From contig NC_069010.1 in NCBI RefSeq assembly GCF_001194135.2, positions 9,491,436-9,555,435 of the forward strand: 64,000 bases of DNA, given 5' to 3'. Below are positions 11,194 through 23,399 of this stretch, piece after piece. The DNA comes from Octopus bimaculoides. Lineage: Eukaryota. Every line of letters begins with the position of its first letter. The first letter of the stretch is position 1. The position numbers were made by a program, and so were the translations under genes. The notes beneath the pieces are model-generated. The model saw nothing but the letters and a program-made list of their open reading frames with translations. It was not told the DNA's origin and made no database searches.

Positions 11194-11710
11194 ATGCAAG
11201 ATTCTATGACAGTTTGGCCTCCTGTTTGGACGGGAGATACCCTTATCTGGTTTGATCAATTAGAAGCAAGTTTTGAGCAAACAGAGGCACAAAAGTATAA
11301 CATGATGTTAGGTAACTTAGCACCACCTCTGAGTGGTGGTATTTTATTTTATCTGATCGCTGTATTAAGCCATGATCGTTTGATTTTCTGAACAATAATA
11401 AAAGGTCGAGAAACTTTTCAATCACAGATTAGACCCGACGAAATCTGTGGACAACTTCATAAAAAGTCTTAGTGAATACAAGAGCAACTTGTTCTATTTG
11501 GCCTTTTGAAAGAGAAACCCAAGCCTGCTTATTTGACTCTACAAGCGGTTTAATTAGTCTGACATCCTCCAAACATTTGGAGAAATCACTTTAACTCTCG
11601 ATTTGCATTTCAGGAGAGAATATAAGTGGATTTTCATGGTAGCAGATTTGCCTTATCCGATATTGGGGGAAGATTTTCTTTCCCATTACAGTTTAATGGT
11701 AGATGTTACC
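11194..11710 (+). mobile_element. Degraded Ty3/Gypsy gag-protease relic
   Basis: PPVWTGDTLIWFDQLEASF…KY resembles the Gypsy gag N-terminus (PPFW..DP..WF.Q.EA.F). TFGEITLTLDLHFRREYKWIFMVADLPYPILGEDFLSHYSLMVD (11573-11710) resembles the protease C-half. Stops and frameshifts lie between them. Confidence 0.75.
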
Positions 11711-12690
11711 TTCTTCTTGCCTTTAACCCTCCAACACGGAGTATAGGCCACTTATAATTGAATTCCATGTCGGATAATTTTTCTCTTCTGTACTTATTAT
11801 CTGCCATGAATGTCCCCCTTTCTCTAGTTCCTTTTGTGTTGATCTATGTTACCAGTTCTTAGGCCTACCCCTCTTTCTATATCCATACGGATTCCACTGT
11901 NNNNNNNNNNNNNNNNNNNNNNNNNNNNNNNNNNNNNNNNNNNNNNNNNNNNNNNNNNNNNNNNNNNNNNNNNNNNNNNNNNNNNNNNNNNNNNNNNNNN
12001 TTTCTACTACAGGAAAAAATGCCTGAAATTTTCGTAAAGGGTCCTTGTCAACTGCACTAATTCCTAGGACTTGACTAGGATTCATTTTACTAACCCTGAA
12101 GGGATGAAGGGTAAAGTCGATCTTGGCAGGATTTGAACCGTAAAGAGATGGAAGAAATGCTGTTCTAAGAGTTTTGTCTGAAGGGTGATAAAATTCTTCC
12201 AGCTCACTCCCAAATAACAAATAAATTATAAAAAACAAACAAGGAGTATATTATTCTCAGTATTTTATTGACAACACAAATACATTCTATAGGGATTTGC
12301 TTTCTATATAACTCAGAGTTTCAAAAATACTCAAAGAAACATGCTATATTTGGCCGTTTTGAAATACATTGAGCCACTGAATAATCTCTCTGTGGTCGCT
12401 TGGCTTGCTAGAAATAACAGCCAAAATCGCTCTAGGCATAAGCCAGAAATAAGAAGAATGTATTGTAAATAGTTATTTTTAGATTTATAATTTTTGAATA
12501 AAAGATAGGACAATCACGGACAGAAATACATTTGATCATTGATCAGCTGGATCAGGGCTGACCTAGGGCTAAACAATAAACAAAAACATCAATAGCACAG
12601 TATATTATATCGTTATCCAAATAACACGGGGCCTGTTTTGCATTTAAATTCAAGTATAAATATAATGTGTGTGTGTGTCTGCGGGCGTGT

Positions 12691-12770
12691 GTTTATCAAC
12701 TTTTACAAAGGAAAGGGTGACAGTGACTTCGAAGTAACTGTCAGCTTTTGCCTTGTAAAAGTTGATAAAC
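12691..12770. repeat. 80-bp imperfect palindrome (mini-MITE)
   Basis: gtttatcaacttttacaa…gacttc|gaagtaac…ttgtaaaagttgataaac, centred on cttcgaag. Confidence 0.75.
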
Positions 12771-12964
12771 CTATATTCCACTGAAATGTATTTAGAAATC
12801 CTTCATTAATATATTGAATTGTTTATATGTCTGATTTCAGCTAAAGATAAGCATTAACACACACACACACACACACATAGATGTATAAGTATATATTTAT
12901 GTATATATATATATATATGTGTGTGTGTGTCTATATGTATACATACATGGAAAGATATCTCTTT

Positions 12965-13178
12965 TACTCTTTTACTCTTTTACTTGTTTCAGTCATTTGA
13001 CTGCGGCCATGCTGGAGCACCGCCTTTTAGTCGAGCAAATCGACCCCCCCCCCAGGACTTATTCTTTGTAAGCCTAGTACTTATTCTACCTACTCTTTTT
13101 GCCGAACCGCTAAGTTACGGGGACGTACGTAAACACACCAGCATNNNNNNNNNNGGACAAACACAGACACACAAACAT

Positions 13179-13209
<31 letters not shown>

Positions 13210-13373
13210 CATATATTCGACGGGCTTCTTTCAGTTTCCGTCTACCAAATCCACTCACAAGGCTTTGGTCGGCCCAAGGCTATAGTAGAAGACACTTGCC
13301 CAAGGTGCCACGCAGTGGGACTGAACCCGGAACCATGTGGTTGGTAAGCAAGCTACTTACCACACAGCCACTC
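12965..13373 (-). mobile_element. Full-length composite SINE: family A head + internal (TA)n(TG)n + 3' module ending in (GAGTAAAA)n-like tail
   Basis: Same module order and orientation at about 2580-2897, 51135-51400, 61150-61490 and 62300-62625. Confidence 0.7.
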
Positions 13374-14138
13374 CATATATAATATATAACATATACACAC
13401 ACATACAAAGAGATGAGACTTGCTTCTCTAAATGCCTTTTGATCCCTATGTCTGCTTGATGAAAATTGATCCAGGGCCAAACAAGAACATACATTCACAC
13501 CCACACACCCACACAGACACCCCTCCACACACACACACAAAGACATGTCAACACATAAAGAGAAAATATAGACTATGTTCCGCTGTTTTATTCATAGATT
13601 GCATAGAATGGTGATCATATTGATTGCATAATATAATGGCGATTGTGATGGTGCTGATGATGATAATGACATTAACGAAATTAAAATAATAATAATAATA
13701 ATAATAATGATAATAATAGTTGTAGTAATGGTAATAATAATGACGTCCAACCCATGCTACCATGGAAAGCGGACGTTAAACGATGATGATGATAATTATT
13801 GTTATAGTAATGATGATGAAGATGATGTTAATAATAATAATGATAATAATAATAATAATATAGAAAGGATTGAGGTAACTCCTCCTGAAGATGTAGAGTC
13901 AAAATTAAAAGAAGAGTGCCATTGTTATCTAGTGAACGATATTTCGACGTTTTGTGTGTCTTCAACAGGTCAAAAAATAAATTTGTCAATCTACTTCATT
14001 TTGGTTAATATAAAATAATAATAATAATAATAATAATAATTAATATTACCCACATCATAAGAATCTTATAAACCTTTCAGAAAACATGAAATTATTCGTT
14101 TTTGGCATTGCAGATATAATGCTGATGATGATGGTGAC

Positions 14139-14170
<32 letters not shown>

Positions 14171-14701
14171 TAATCCTTCCTACTACGGGCAGAAGGCCTG
14201 AAATTTGTGGGAGGGGCATAGTCGATTACATTGACCCCAGTACATAACTGGTACTTATTTCATTGTCCCTGAAAGGATAAAAGGCAAAGTTGACCTCAAT
14301 GAAATTTGAACTCAGAATGCTAACAATCCTGCCAGCTCGTCACCTTTAATAACGGTAATTGTAATTAGGCAGCGAGCTGGCAGACTCGTTAGCAGGTTGG
14401 GAGAAATGCTTAGCGGTGTTTCGTCTGTCTTTACGTTCTGAGTTCAAATTCCGCCGAGGTTGTCTTTGCCTTTCATCCTTTCGGGGTCGATAAATTAAGT
14501 ACCAGTTAATCTTCTAATCGACTGGCCCCACCTCTCCAAAAATTTCTGGCCTTGTGTCTAGAGTAGAAAAGAATAATAATAATAATAACAACAACAATAA
14601 TAATAATAACAACAATAACACCAAAATAATGGTTTGCAATTTAAGTACAAGGCCCTGGATGTTGTGTAGAAGGTTTTTGCCATTATAAACCTGACTGGTT
14701 C

Positions 14702-14707
14702 TTTATT
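14702..14707 (-). promoter_or_regulatory. Candidate polyadenylation signal of the channel gene
   Basis: AATAAA on - strand about 250 nt past the stop; other AATAAA-like sites exist. Confidence 0.3.
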
Positions 14708-14956
14708 TTGTCAACCCCATAGGATGAAAAGCCGAGTTGATTTGAACGAATCTTGAACCCAAACAATGAAAATAAATTAATATCAAAAGAAGATAATTTC
14801 TTAAGGAACCAAAAAAAAAAAAATGAAAATGAACAAAGGAAAAAAATAAATATTGAAAACATATCCATCTTCCCAAAATCAGATAATAAATTAAAAGACA
14901 TAATACCCTCCGACCAACCAGCCAGCCAGCCAGCCACTGAGCTGTGCTAATAATAT

Positions 14957-15235
14957 TCAGTAGAGATAACACACCCAGTACGAAACACTGAGTATGAGAA
15001 ACACCAATGGGAAGAGGCGCCGTGACACAATATCTATTTGGCTGACACTGTTCAGGGCGTGGTACTTGTTGCCGAAGGTTTTGATGTGGAAGTTTCTGGT
15101 ACCCGATAAACAGTACCAGAACATCCTCAGGTACCAGTTCCAAGAACAGAAAGACAGTTTGGATTTCTTCTTCTTCTTTAGTTGAGTTCTTTGAATCAAT
15201 ACCTCTGAGATGACCATTTTCTCTTCTTCGCTCTC
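14957..15235 (-). CDS. GABA-A-like (8916/GRD-like) Cys-loop channel, last exon: end of M3-M4 loop and M4 (…NSVSQIDIVSRRLFPLVFLILSVSYWVCYLY*)
   Basis: cag|GAG acceptor at 15236/15235, 279 nt, stop at 14957-14959; SxIDxxSRxxFP..YWxxYL M4 signature. Confidence 0.92.
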   Translation of the reverse strand, partial: ESEEEKMVISEVLIQRTQLKKKKKSKLSFCSWNWYLRMFWYCLSGTRNFHIKTFGNKYHALNSVSQIDIVSRRLFPLVFLILSVSYWVCYLY

Positions 15236-15433
15236 CTGTGGGAATAAAAAAGAAAGGAAGAAGAGTATAGAATATATATATATATAAATATATANNNNNN
15301 NNNNNNNNNNNNNNNNNNNNNNNNNNNNNNNNNNNNNNNNNNNNNNNNNATATATATATATATATATATATATAGATATATATATATACTTATGAAGGTG
15401 AAACAGATTTCTTCAGCTAGCCAGTCGTGCTAC

Positions 15434-15476
15434 TTCAGGCTGATGACGAGCAAAGGCTCAGAAACATGTCCCTGAA
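15434..15476 (+). ncRNA. Minimal type I hammerhead ribozyme motif (Penelope-type)
   Basis: TTCAGG-CTGATGA-C-GAGC(aaag)GCTC-A-GAAA-CATG-TC|CCTGAA: 6-bp stem I, intact core, 4-bp stem II, palindromic CATG stem III, GUC triplet. Confidence 0.65.
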
Positions 15477-15655
15477 TGCAGGCTGGGCTGGCTGGAGGAG
15501 TTTGTCTCCCCTTCATAAGGATAAGGGCACAGGAAATGTGTCAAGGCCTAATAGGAAGCTGTCTGGCTTCCTAGGGCTGAACAGCAGTAGTATATTCCCT
15601 TATTGGGACTGTCAATATATGTATATATATAAGACAGCAAATTTACAATTATTAC

Positions 15656-15864
15656 CTCAGTGTCTGTGGGGTCCTGTTGTATATTTTCTTCCCCACTGTC
15701 GTACTTGGTGAAATAGTGCACGGCTGCAAACTGTATGAGTGTTGCTAACACAAATACGTAACACATAGCAACATAAACATCAAGCGCAGTGGAATAGGAA
15801 ACCTTGGGGAGGTAAGTACGATTGTCCAGACCTAGAAACGTCATTGAAAGCACTGTGGTTGTTC
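15656..15864 (-). CDS. Cys-loop channel exon: M2, M2-M3 loop, M3 (GTTTVLSMTFLGLDNRTYLPKVSYSTALDVYVAMCYVFVLATLIQFAAVHYFTKYDSGE…)
   Basis: Canonical ag/gt boundaries, 209 nt; TTVL-MT, LPKVSY-TALD and FAAVHYFTK motifs. Confidence 0.95.
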
Positions 15865-15996
15865 CTGAAACGATAAAGCGAAGAATGTGTTTTTGCCGGT
15901 CGTCTGATTTCTTTTGGCGTTTTTGAGATTTGTTGAGGGTCTTTATAGAATTTAAGTTGGTTAGTAGCAAAGGATTGGCAGCAGGTTGACACTTAC

Positions 15997-16149
15997 CCAG
16001 GGCTATCCTGTCGGATGTGGCCTCCCTGTGGATCCAGAACGACACCCATGACACCACCACCAGCAGGGTACAGGGCACGTAGACTTGGAGCAGGAAGAAT
16101 CCCATGTGACGCTTCAGATGGAAGTTGACACTCAGCATGGAATGGAGAG
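15997..16149 (-). CDS. Cys-loop channel exon: pre-M1, M1, M1-M2 loop (ALHSMLSVNFHLKRHMGFFLLQVYVPCTLLVVVSWVSFWIHREATSDRIAL-G)
   Basis: cag|CT acceptor, G|gtaagt donor, 153 nt. Confidence 0.95.
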
Positions 16150-16776
16150 CTGGGGGGGCGGGCGGAGGAGAGGAAGAAGAGGAAGAGTGAGATGTGAAAG
16201 GTGACACACAGACACACACACATTTAGATTGCTATATAAAAGTATGGCGATAAGCTTGTGTGTGTATGTGAGAGAGAGAGAGAGAGCGTGTTAATGTGAC
16301 AATATTTGCATAAACCAGAAACCTTTACCAGAATTAGAATCTCCATGAACGATCATCATCATCATCATTGTCATCATCGTCATCGTCAACATCATCAACA
16401 TCATCATCATAAATGTCATCATCGTCGCCGTCATCGTCACCATCATCATAATCACCATTTAATGTTCATTTTTCCATGCTGGCATGGTTTGGTTTGAAAG
16501 GAACGGGGCAAGTCACAAGGCCATGTTGGTCTCCAATGTCAGCTTTGGTGTAGGGCTTCTACAGTTTGATGCCCTTCCTAACACCAATCCCTTTTCACAG
16601 TGTACTGGTTCCTTTCTTTTGTGCCACTGGCGCTAAATGAGATTGCCAAGTAACTTTGCAAAGCAGGAAAAGGTAAAAAAAAAAAACTCCCACGACTTTG
16701 TGAGAAACATTTCAGGCATTTGTTTAGTGGTTGGGAAGCAAACTTCTTGCCACACAACCACATTTGCACCTGTGTT

Positions 16777-16832
<56 letters not shown>

Positions 16833-18419
16833 GACAAGAGTGCAAAATGGTACCAGCATTGTGAGAAATTAGAGTCCAAATGACTCATTAGCCACAAAAA
16901 GCACTATCTTAGTAGATATATATATATATATACACACTTATACTCACACACATACATATATATATACATACATATGTGTGTGTATATATATATATATATA
17001 TATACACATACATACATACACATATACTCAGACACATACGTATATANNNNNNNNNNNNNNNNNNNNNNNNNNNNNNNNNNNNNNNNNNNNNNNNNNNNNN
17101 NNNNNNNNNNNNNNNNNNNNNNNNNNNNNNNNNNNNNNNNNNNNNNNNNNNNNNNNNNNNNNNNNNNNNNNNNNNNNNNNNNNNNNNNNNNNTATATAAA
17201 CACACGTGTATTTGTACCTGTCTATCAATATTTAAATACATATACATACATACATTATATATATGTATATATAGAGTATGTATGTATGTATGTATGTATG
17301 TATGTATATGATGTATACACACACACACATATATATATTTATATCTATGTATCTATTTATTGATTTATATATATGAATATATATGCTTATATACATACAC
17401 ACACATATATGCATGTATATATGTATGTATTTATGTATGTATGTATATATGTATGTATAAAAGCACTTAAAATTTACCAATTCCAACAGATTTGGCGTGA
17501 CTAAAGCGATTAATGTCGACCATTCCCGGGTCATGAAATCTGAAAATTATTAGAAAGTCTGAAATGTCTGAAGTGATGAAAACTTTGTAATTTCAACATG
17601 TCATGTGAAGCGGTTGAGATTTGCAAATTAAAATCAATAAATTAAAGAACTTGGAAAATTACCGAATTCCATTCTTGTACTGTGTGAGAAAAATGATTAA
17701 TCTTCACTTGTCTATTCTTGCATTCTTTCATTCTTTTACTGGTGTTAGCCATTGGGTTATGGTCAGACTGGAGCAGCCATTGTATTAGCTACATACATTG
17801 ATTCCCCAAGTTTGGTTTTAGCTCTTTAATGTTCGCATTTCTCTGTCCAATGCAATGCTTATTTATTCATGTTCTTTTTGGAATTAATGATGTATTTTCT
17901 TGTAGCTTTGAGATTTTGATGTCGCAATTAATTATTGTGAAACCATGTGGCTTTGTGTGATATGAGTATTCAATTCACAATCGTAAGGTCACGAGTTCAG
18001 TTCCTGGCAGCCTGTTGTGTCCTTGGGCAAGACACTTTATTTCACATTGCTCCAGTTTACTCACCTGGCAGAAATGAGCAGAATCTGTAACTCGAAAGGG
18101 ACCAGCCTTGTCACGTTCTCTGTCACACTGAGTTTCCTTGTGAACTATGTTAAGGGTACACATGTGTCTGAGGAGTACTCACCTACTTGCACGCTAATAT
18201 CATGAGTAGGCTGTTCTGTTGACTGGATTAGCTGGAACCCTCATCCTTGAGCAAGACTCTTTATTTTACATTGCTCCACTCCACTCATCTGACAAAAGTG
18301 AGGTGTACCTGTGTCTCAAGGCCCAAGCTTATATTTATGCTTACTGACATGCACACACACACACACACACACGCACACATTTATCTATATGTATGAATAT
18401 ATGTATACACACACATACA

Positions 18420-18715
18420 TCATCATCATCATCGTTTAACGTCTGCTTTCCATGCTAGCATGGGTTGGACGATTTGACTGAGGACTGGTGAAACCGGATG
18501 GCAACACCAGGCTCCAATCTGATTTGGCAGAGTTTCTACAGCTGGATGCCCTTCCTAACGCCAACCACTCCGAGAGTGTAGTGGGTGCTTTTATATGTCA
18601 CCCGCATGAAGGCCAGTCAGGCGGTACTGGCAACGGCCACGCTCGAAATGGTGTATTTTATGTGCCACCTGCACAAGAGCAAGTCCAGGGGCACTGGCAA
18701 CGATCTCGCTCGAGA
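18420..18715 (+). mobile_element. Dispersed repeat family C with (CAT)n end (probable retroelement 3' end in antisense)
   Basis: catcatcatcgtttaacgtc.gctttccatgctagcatggg…ctacagctggatgcccttcctaacgccaacc. Other approximate copies: 7840-, 8820-, 16460+, 23615+, 27420+, 32850-, 42600-. Confidence 0.75.
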
Positions 18716-18771
18716 TATATATATATATATATCATCCATATATCCAAAATCTGTACATCACTTCTAACAAC

Positions 18772-18806
<35 letters not shown>

Positions 18807-18851
18807 TTCTTCACAGTAGAGTTAGAAACATAGAAACTGCCACAAAACTAC

Positions 18852-18992
18852 CTTCTCTGAAGACGGTCGTTCCATTCCAAGCAGGCATGTCCGTGAGGTC
18901 AAATTGGGACAACGTCATTCCAGCGTTTACATCGACAGCTCTCTCGGCACCAAATCTCCATTTGTAGAGAACTTCATTTTCCGTGTAACCAA
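18852..18992 (-). CDS. Cys-loop channel exon: loops B/F (FGYTENEVLYKWRFGAERAVDVNAGMTLSQFDLTDMPAWNGTTVFRE)
   Basis: cag|TT acceptor, G|gtagtt donor, 141 nt; LSQFDL motif. Confidence 0.93.
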
Positions 18993-19133
18993 CTGGGAGA
19001 AGACAAAATATCGATTTTGGCAAAGTCAAGAACAAGAGGTTCCTTCGCAGCTGACGATGACAAGAATGGTAAATGTGAAAGACAAGGTCTGTAGGAGAAT
19101 ATGGAAATATTGAATGGAGTGAAATGTACTTAC

Positions 19134-19216
19134 AACTGATGAGATGGAGTGGGCATTGCTGCAAATCCATTGGGAATTTCTGAAGTTGCATCAGACATCT
19201 TGCTTTGATGGTCAGT
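19134..19216 (-). CDS. Cys-loop channel exon with the Cys-loop (RLTIKARCLMQLQKFPMDLQQCPLHLIS)
   Basis: gcag|A acceptor, T|gtaagt donor, 83 nt; C-x13-C with FPMD. Confidence 0.95.
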
Positions 19217-19818
19217 CTGCAATAAAGCGGATACATTGTGTATACACATCAGAAGATCTTTGACTTGTTTCGGTCATTAGACTGTGGCCATACTGGGGCA
19301 CCACTTTGAAGAATTTGTTTAGTTGAATGAATTCATCCCAGTATTTTTTTTTAAATTCAAGCCTTTATTCAAGCTAGAGTGAGGAATTTAAGTATAATTA
19401 GTTGACTGGCATTCAAAAGGCTTTATATATATATATATATATATATAGGGAGAATTCACCTAAAAAACAAAAGACGAAGACAGGTGGTGTAGAAAACAAA
19501 CGGATGTATTAGTATAACGCTTGGGAATTGAAAAAGTCTTTAATGTTTCGAGCCTACGCTCTTCCCCAGAAAGGAACACAGAAAGAAACAAGGAGAGAAA
19601 AGAAAATGTGTGTAGTGGTTAGCGATCTATCATATATGTGTGTGTATGTGTGTGTGAGAGAGACAGGATTCTTTCATTTTCTTTCTACCAAATCCATTCA
19701 GAAGGCTTTGGTCAGCCCAAGGCTGTAGTAGAAGACATTTGCCCAAGGTGTCACGCGGTGGGACTGAACCCAGAACCATGTGGTCGGGAAGAAAGCTTCT
19801 TACTACACAGCAACACCC

Positions 19819-19862
<44 letters not shown>

Positions 19863-20997
19863 TATATGAAGGCATCTAGCCAATTTTTCCTGATCACAAC
19901 AACTACAATGATTGAAAAGCTTTCAAAACAGTTGCAACCATTCGTTAACAGCCATTGGCAAGTCTGAATACGTACGGCGACAGTGTTTTTAGTGAATTAT
20001 CTCTGTCGTTATTAGGACCTATTAACGAGTTTTAAAGAGGTTTGAATGAACGAAACNNNNNNNNNNNNNNNNNNNNNNNNNNNNNNNNNNNNNNNNNNNN
20101 NNNNNNNNNNNNNNNNNNNNNNNNNNNNNNNNNNNNNNNNNNNNNNNNNNNNNNNNNNNNNNNNNNNNNNNNNNNNNNNNNNNNNNNNNNNNNNNNNNNN
20201 NNNNNNNNNNNNNNNNNNNNNNNNNNNNNNNNNNNNNNNNNNNNNNNNNNNNNNNNNNNNNNNNNNNNNNNNNNNNNNNNNNNNNNNNNNNNNNNNNNNN
20301 NNNNNNNNNNNNNNNNNNNNNNNNNNNNNNNNNNNNNNNNNNNNNNNNNNNNNNNNNNNNNNNNNNNNNNNNNNNNNNNNNNNNNNNNNNNNNNNNNNNN
20401 NNNNNNNNNNNNNNNNNNNNNNNNNNNNNNNNNNNNNNNNNNNNNNNNNNNNNNNNNNNNNNNNNNNNNNNNNNNNNNNNNNNNNNNNNNNNNNNNNNNN
20501 NNNNNNNNNNNNNNNNNNNNNNNNNNNNNNNNNNNNNNNNNNNNNNNNNNNNNNNNNNNNNNNNNNNNNNNNNNNNNNNNNNNNNNNNNNNNNNNNNNNN
20601 NNNNNNNNNNNNNNNNNNNNNNNNNNNNNNNNNNNNNNNNNNNNNNNNNNNNNNNNNNNNNNNNNNNNNNNNNNNNNNNNNNNNNNNNNNNNNNNNNNNN
20701 NNNNNNNNNNNNNNNNNNNNNNNNNNNNNNNNNNNNNNNNNNNNNNNNNNNNNNNNNNNNNNNNNNNNNNNNNNNNNNNNNNNNNNNNNNNNNNNNNNNN
20801 NNNNNNNNNNNNNNNNNNNNNNNNNNNNNNNNNNNNNNNNNNNNNNNNNNNNNNNNNNNNNNNNNNNNNNNNNNNNNNNNNNNNNNNNNNNNNNNNNNNN
20901 NNNNNNNNNNNNNNNNNNNNNNNNNNNNNNNNNNNNNNNNNNNNNNNNNNNNNNNNNNNNNNNNNNNNNNNNNNNNNNNNNNNNNNNNNNNNNNNNN

Positions 20998-21034
<37 letters not shown>

Positions 21035-21192
21035 CACATATATACAAGAGGTCATATGTGTGTGTGTGTGCATACATGTGTATGTATGTGTGCATATTTG
21101 TGTGTGTGTATGTATGTGCATCATGTGTATAAATGTATAGATGCAGTTATATATATATGTGTGTTTGCTAACACGTAAACATAAGGGCACTT

Positions 21193-21231
<39 letters not shown>

Positions 21232-22646
21232 CACCCCCACTGCCCCCCCACCACACGTGTACACTGCATCTTCATTAAACACGGTGCTGACCAGGAAGTG
21301 GTAAAGCCAGAACAACCATTCCACAGCAGATGCCAAACGCTAATGAAATTTGATTTTCTCTAATGACATGTTGGCTCTCTCGTAAAAGACACTTCGGGCC
21401 CATGTACGTGCACGTATGCTCGCGTGAGCACCCATGCACCACCGTGGACTATGCACTCTCTCAGTGTATGTGCATGTACTAATACATATCCCTCCATCCA
21501 TCCATCTATCTTATCTATCTATCTGCCTGTCTGTCTGTCTGTCTGTCTATCTATCTGTCTGTCTGTCTGTCTGTCTGTCTATGTCTGTCTGTCTGTCTGT
21601 CTATTTATTTATTTATTTATTTATTCTATTTCGTCTTTGAGCTCCGGTCAAGCATTTCTAGTTTAAACCGTGTCCAGCGAAATTTGTGGAGGAGGAGGAA
21701 GAGGAGGAGGAGGAGGAGNNNNNNNNNNNNNNNNNNNNNNNNNNNNNNNNNNNNNNNNNNNNNNNNNNNNNNNNNNNNNNNNNNNNNNNNNNNNNNNNNN
21801 NNNNNNNNNNNNNNNNNNNNNNNNNNNNNNNNNNNNNNNNNNNNNNNNNNNNNNNNNNNNNNNNNNNNNNNNNNNNNNNNNNNNNNNNNNNNNNNNNNNN
21901 NNNNNNNNNNNNNNNNNNNNNNNNNNNNNNNNNNNNNNNNNNNNNNNNNNNNNNNNNNNNNNNNNNNNNNNNNNNNNNNNNNNNNNNNNNNNNNNNNNNN
22001 NNNNNNNNNNNNNNNNNNNNNNNNNNNNNNNNNNNNNNNNNNNNNNNNNNNNNNNNNNNNNNNNNNNNNNNNNNNNNNNNNNNNNNNNNNNNNNNNNNNN
22101 NNNNNNNNNNNNNNNNNNNNNNNNNNNNNNNNNNNNNNNNNNNNNNNNNNNNNNNNNNNNNNNNNNNNNNNNNNNNNNNNNNNNNNNNNNNNNNNNNNNN
22201 NNNNNNNNNNNNNNNNNNNNNNNNNNNNNNNNNNNNNNNNNNNNNNNNNNNNNNNNNNNNNNNNNNNNNNNNNNNNNNNNNNNNNNNNNNNNNNNNNNNN
22301 NGTGTAAAATAATTTTGCTGGGAAAGATTTGGAAGGAAAAGAGAAAAACTGCACGCGCTGGCGAAAGGGTGGGTGGAGGTGGGGAGAGGGCTGGGAATGT
22401 TCAGATCCTGAACGGTCTGAGCTTCTCTCCGAAAGAATAGGAAAGACTAGGGGAAAATAATGCGCGCACGCGCATGTATATATCTGTGGGTGTATGTGTG
22501 TGTGTCTTTGTATCTGTGTTTGCCCCCCCCCCACCATCACTTGACAACGGATGTTGATGTGTTGAGGTCCCTGTAACTTAGCAATCTGTCTGTCTGTCTC
22601 TATCTATCTCTCTATCTGTCTATCTTTCTTTCTGTCTCTCTCTCTG

Positions 22647-22707
<61 letters not shown>

Positions 22708-22720
22708 ATCTGTCTATCTT

Positions 22721-22763
<43 letters not shown>

Positions 22764-23027
22764 TAATTTATTGACCCCAAAAGGATAAAAGGCAAAGTCA
22801 TCCTTGGTGGAATTTGAACTCAGAACATAGAGATGGATGAAATGCTGCTAAGCATTTTGCCCGGCGTGCTAATGATTCTGCCAGCTCACCACTTTTAACA
22901 GTACTGATGATATTAACACGACGGAGGAGGAAGAAGAGAAGATGCAGAAGAAAAAGGATGAAGAAGAGGAGAAGAAATGAGGATGTAAAGAAGGAGGAGG
23001 AGAAGAAGAAGAAGGAATGGTAAATAC

Positions 23028-23248
23028 CTTTGTGAGTAAAGAATGGTGCCATCTTTGTTGATGCGAAAGAATTTGTTGGGCATGGTGATTTCGTGAAGGA
23101 AAGACTCCTGTCCATTGTAGACGATGGTATCGGGTGACCAAATTCTTTCCAGCATTTTGATGTTCAAAGAGACATTAGCCAGAGAAACATTGAATGCCAG
23201 CCGTTCGTCGGTCCAGAGTTGGCGGAAGTAGCAATCCATTGAATAAAT
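23028..23248 (-). CDS. Cys-loop channel exon: loops D, A, E (IYSMDCYFRQLWTDERLAF…IWSPDTIVYNG…DGTILYSQ-R)
   Basis: cag|ATT acceptor, AG|gtattt donor, 221 nt; FRQxWxDxRL and IWxPDT motifs. Confidence 0.95.
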
Positions 23249-23399
23249 CTGATCGGCCGATGTAAACATCAAGAAGAAGAAGAAGAAGAAGAAGAGAGAG
23301 TTGTAAGGGATGGTAAACATCATTGGATGGGAGACAAGCATCATCTTCATGCTAGAGTTCATGGCTATTTGTTTAACTTGTTTAACTTGTTTAACTTAC

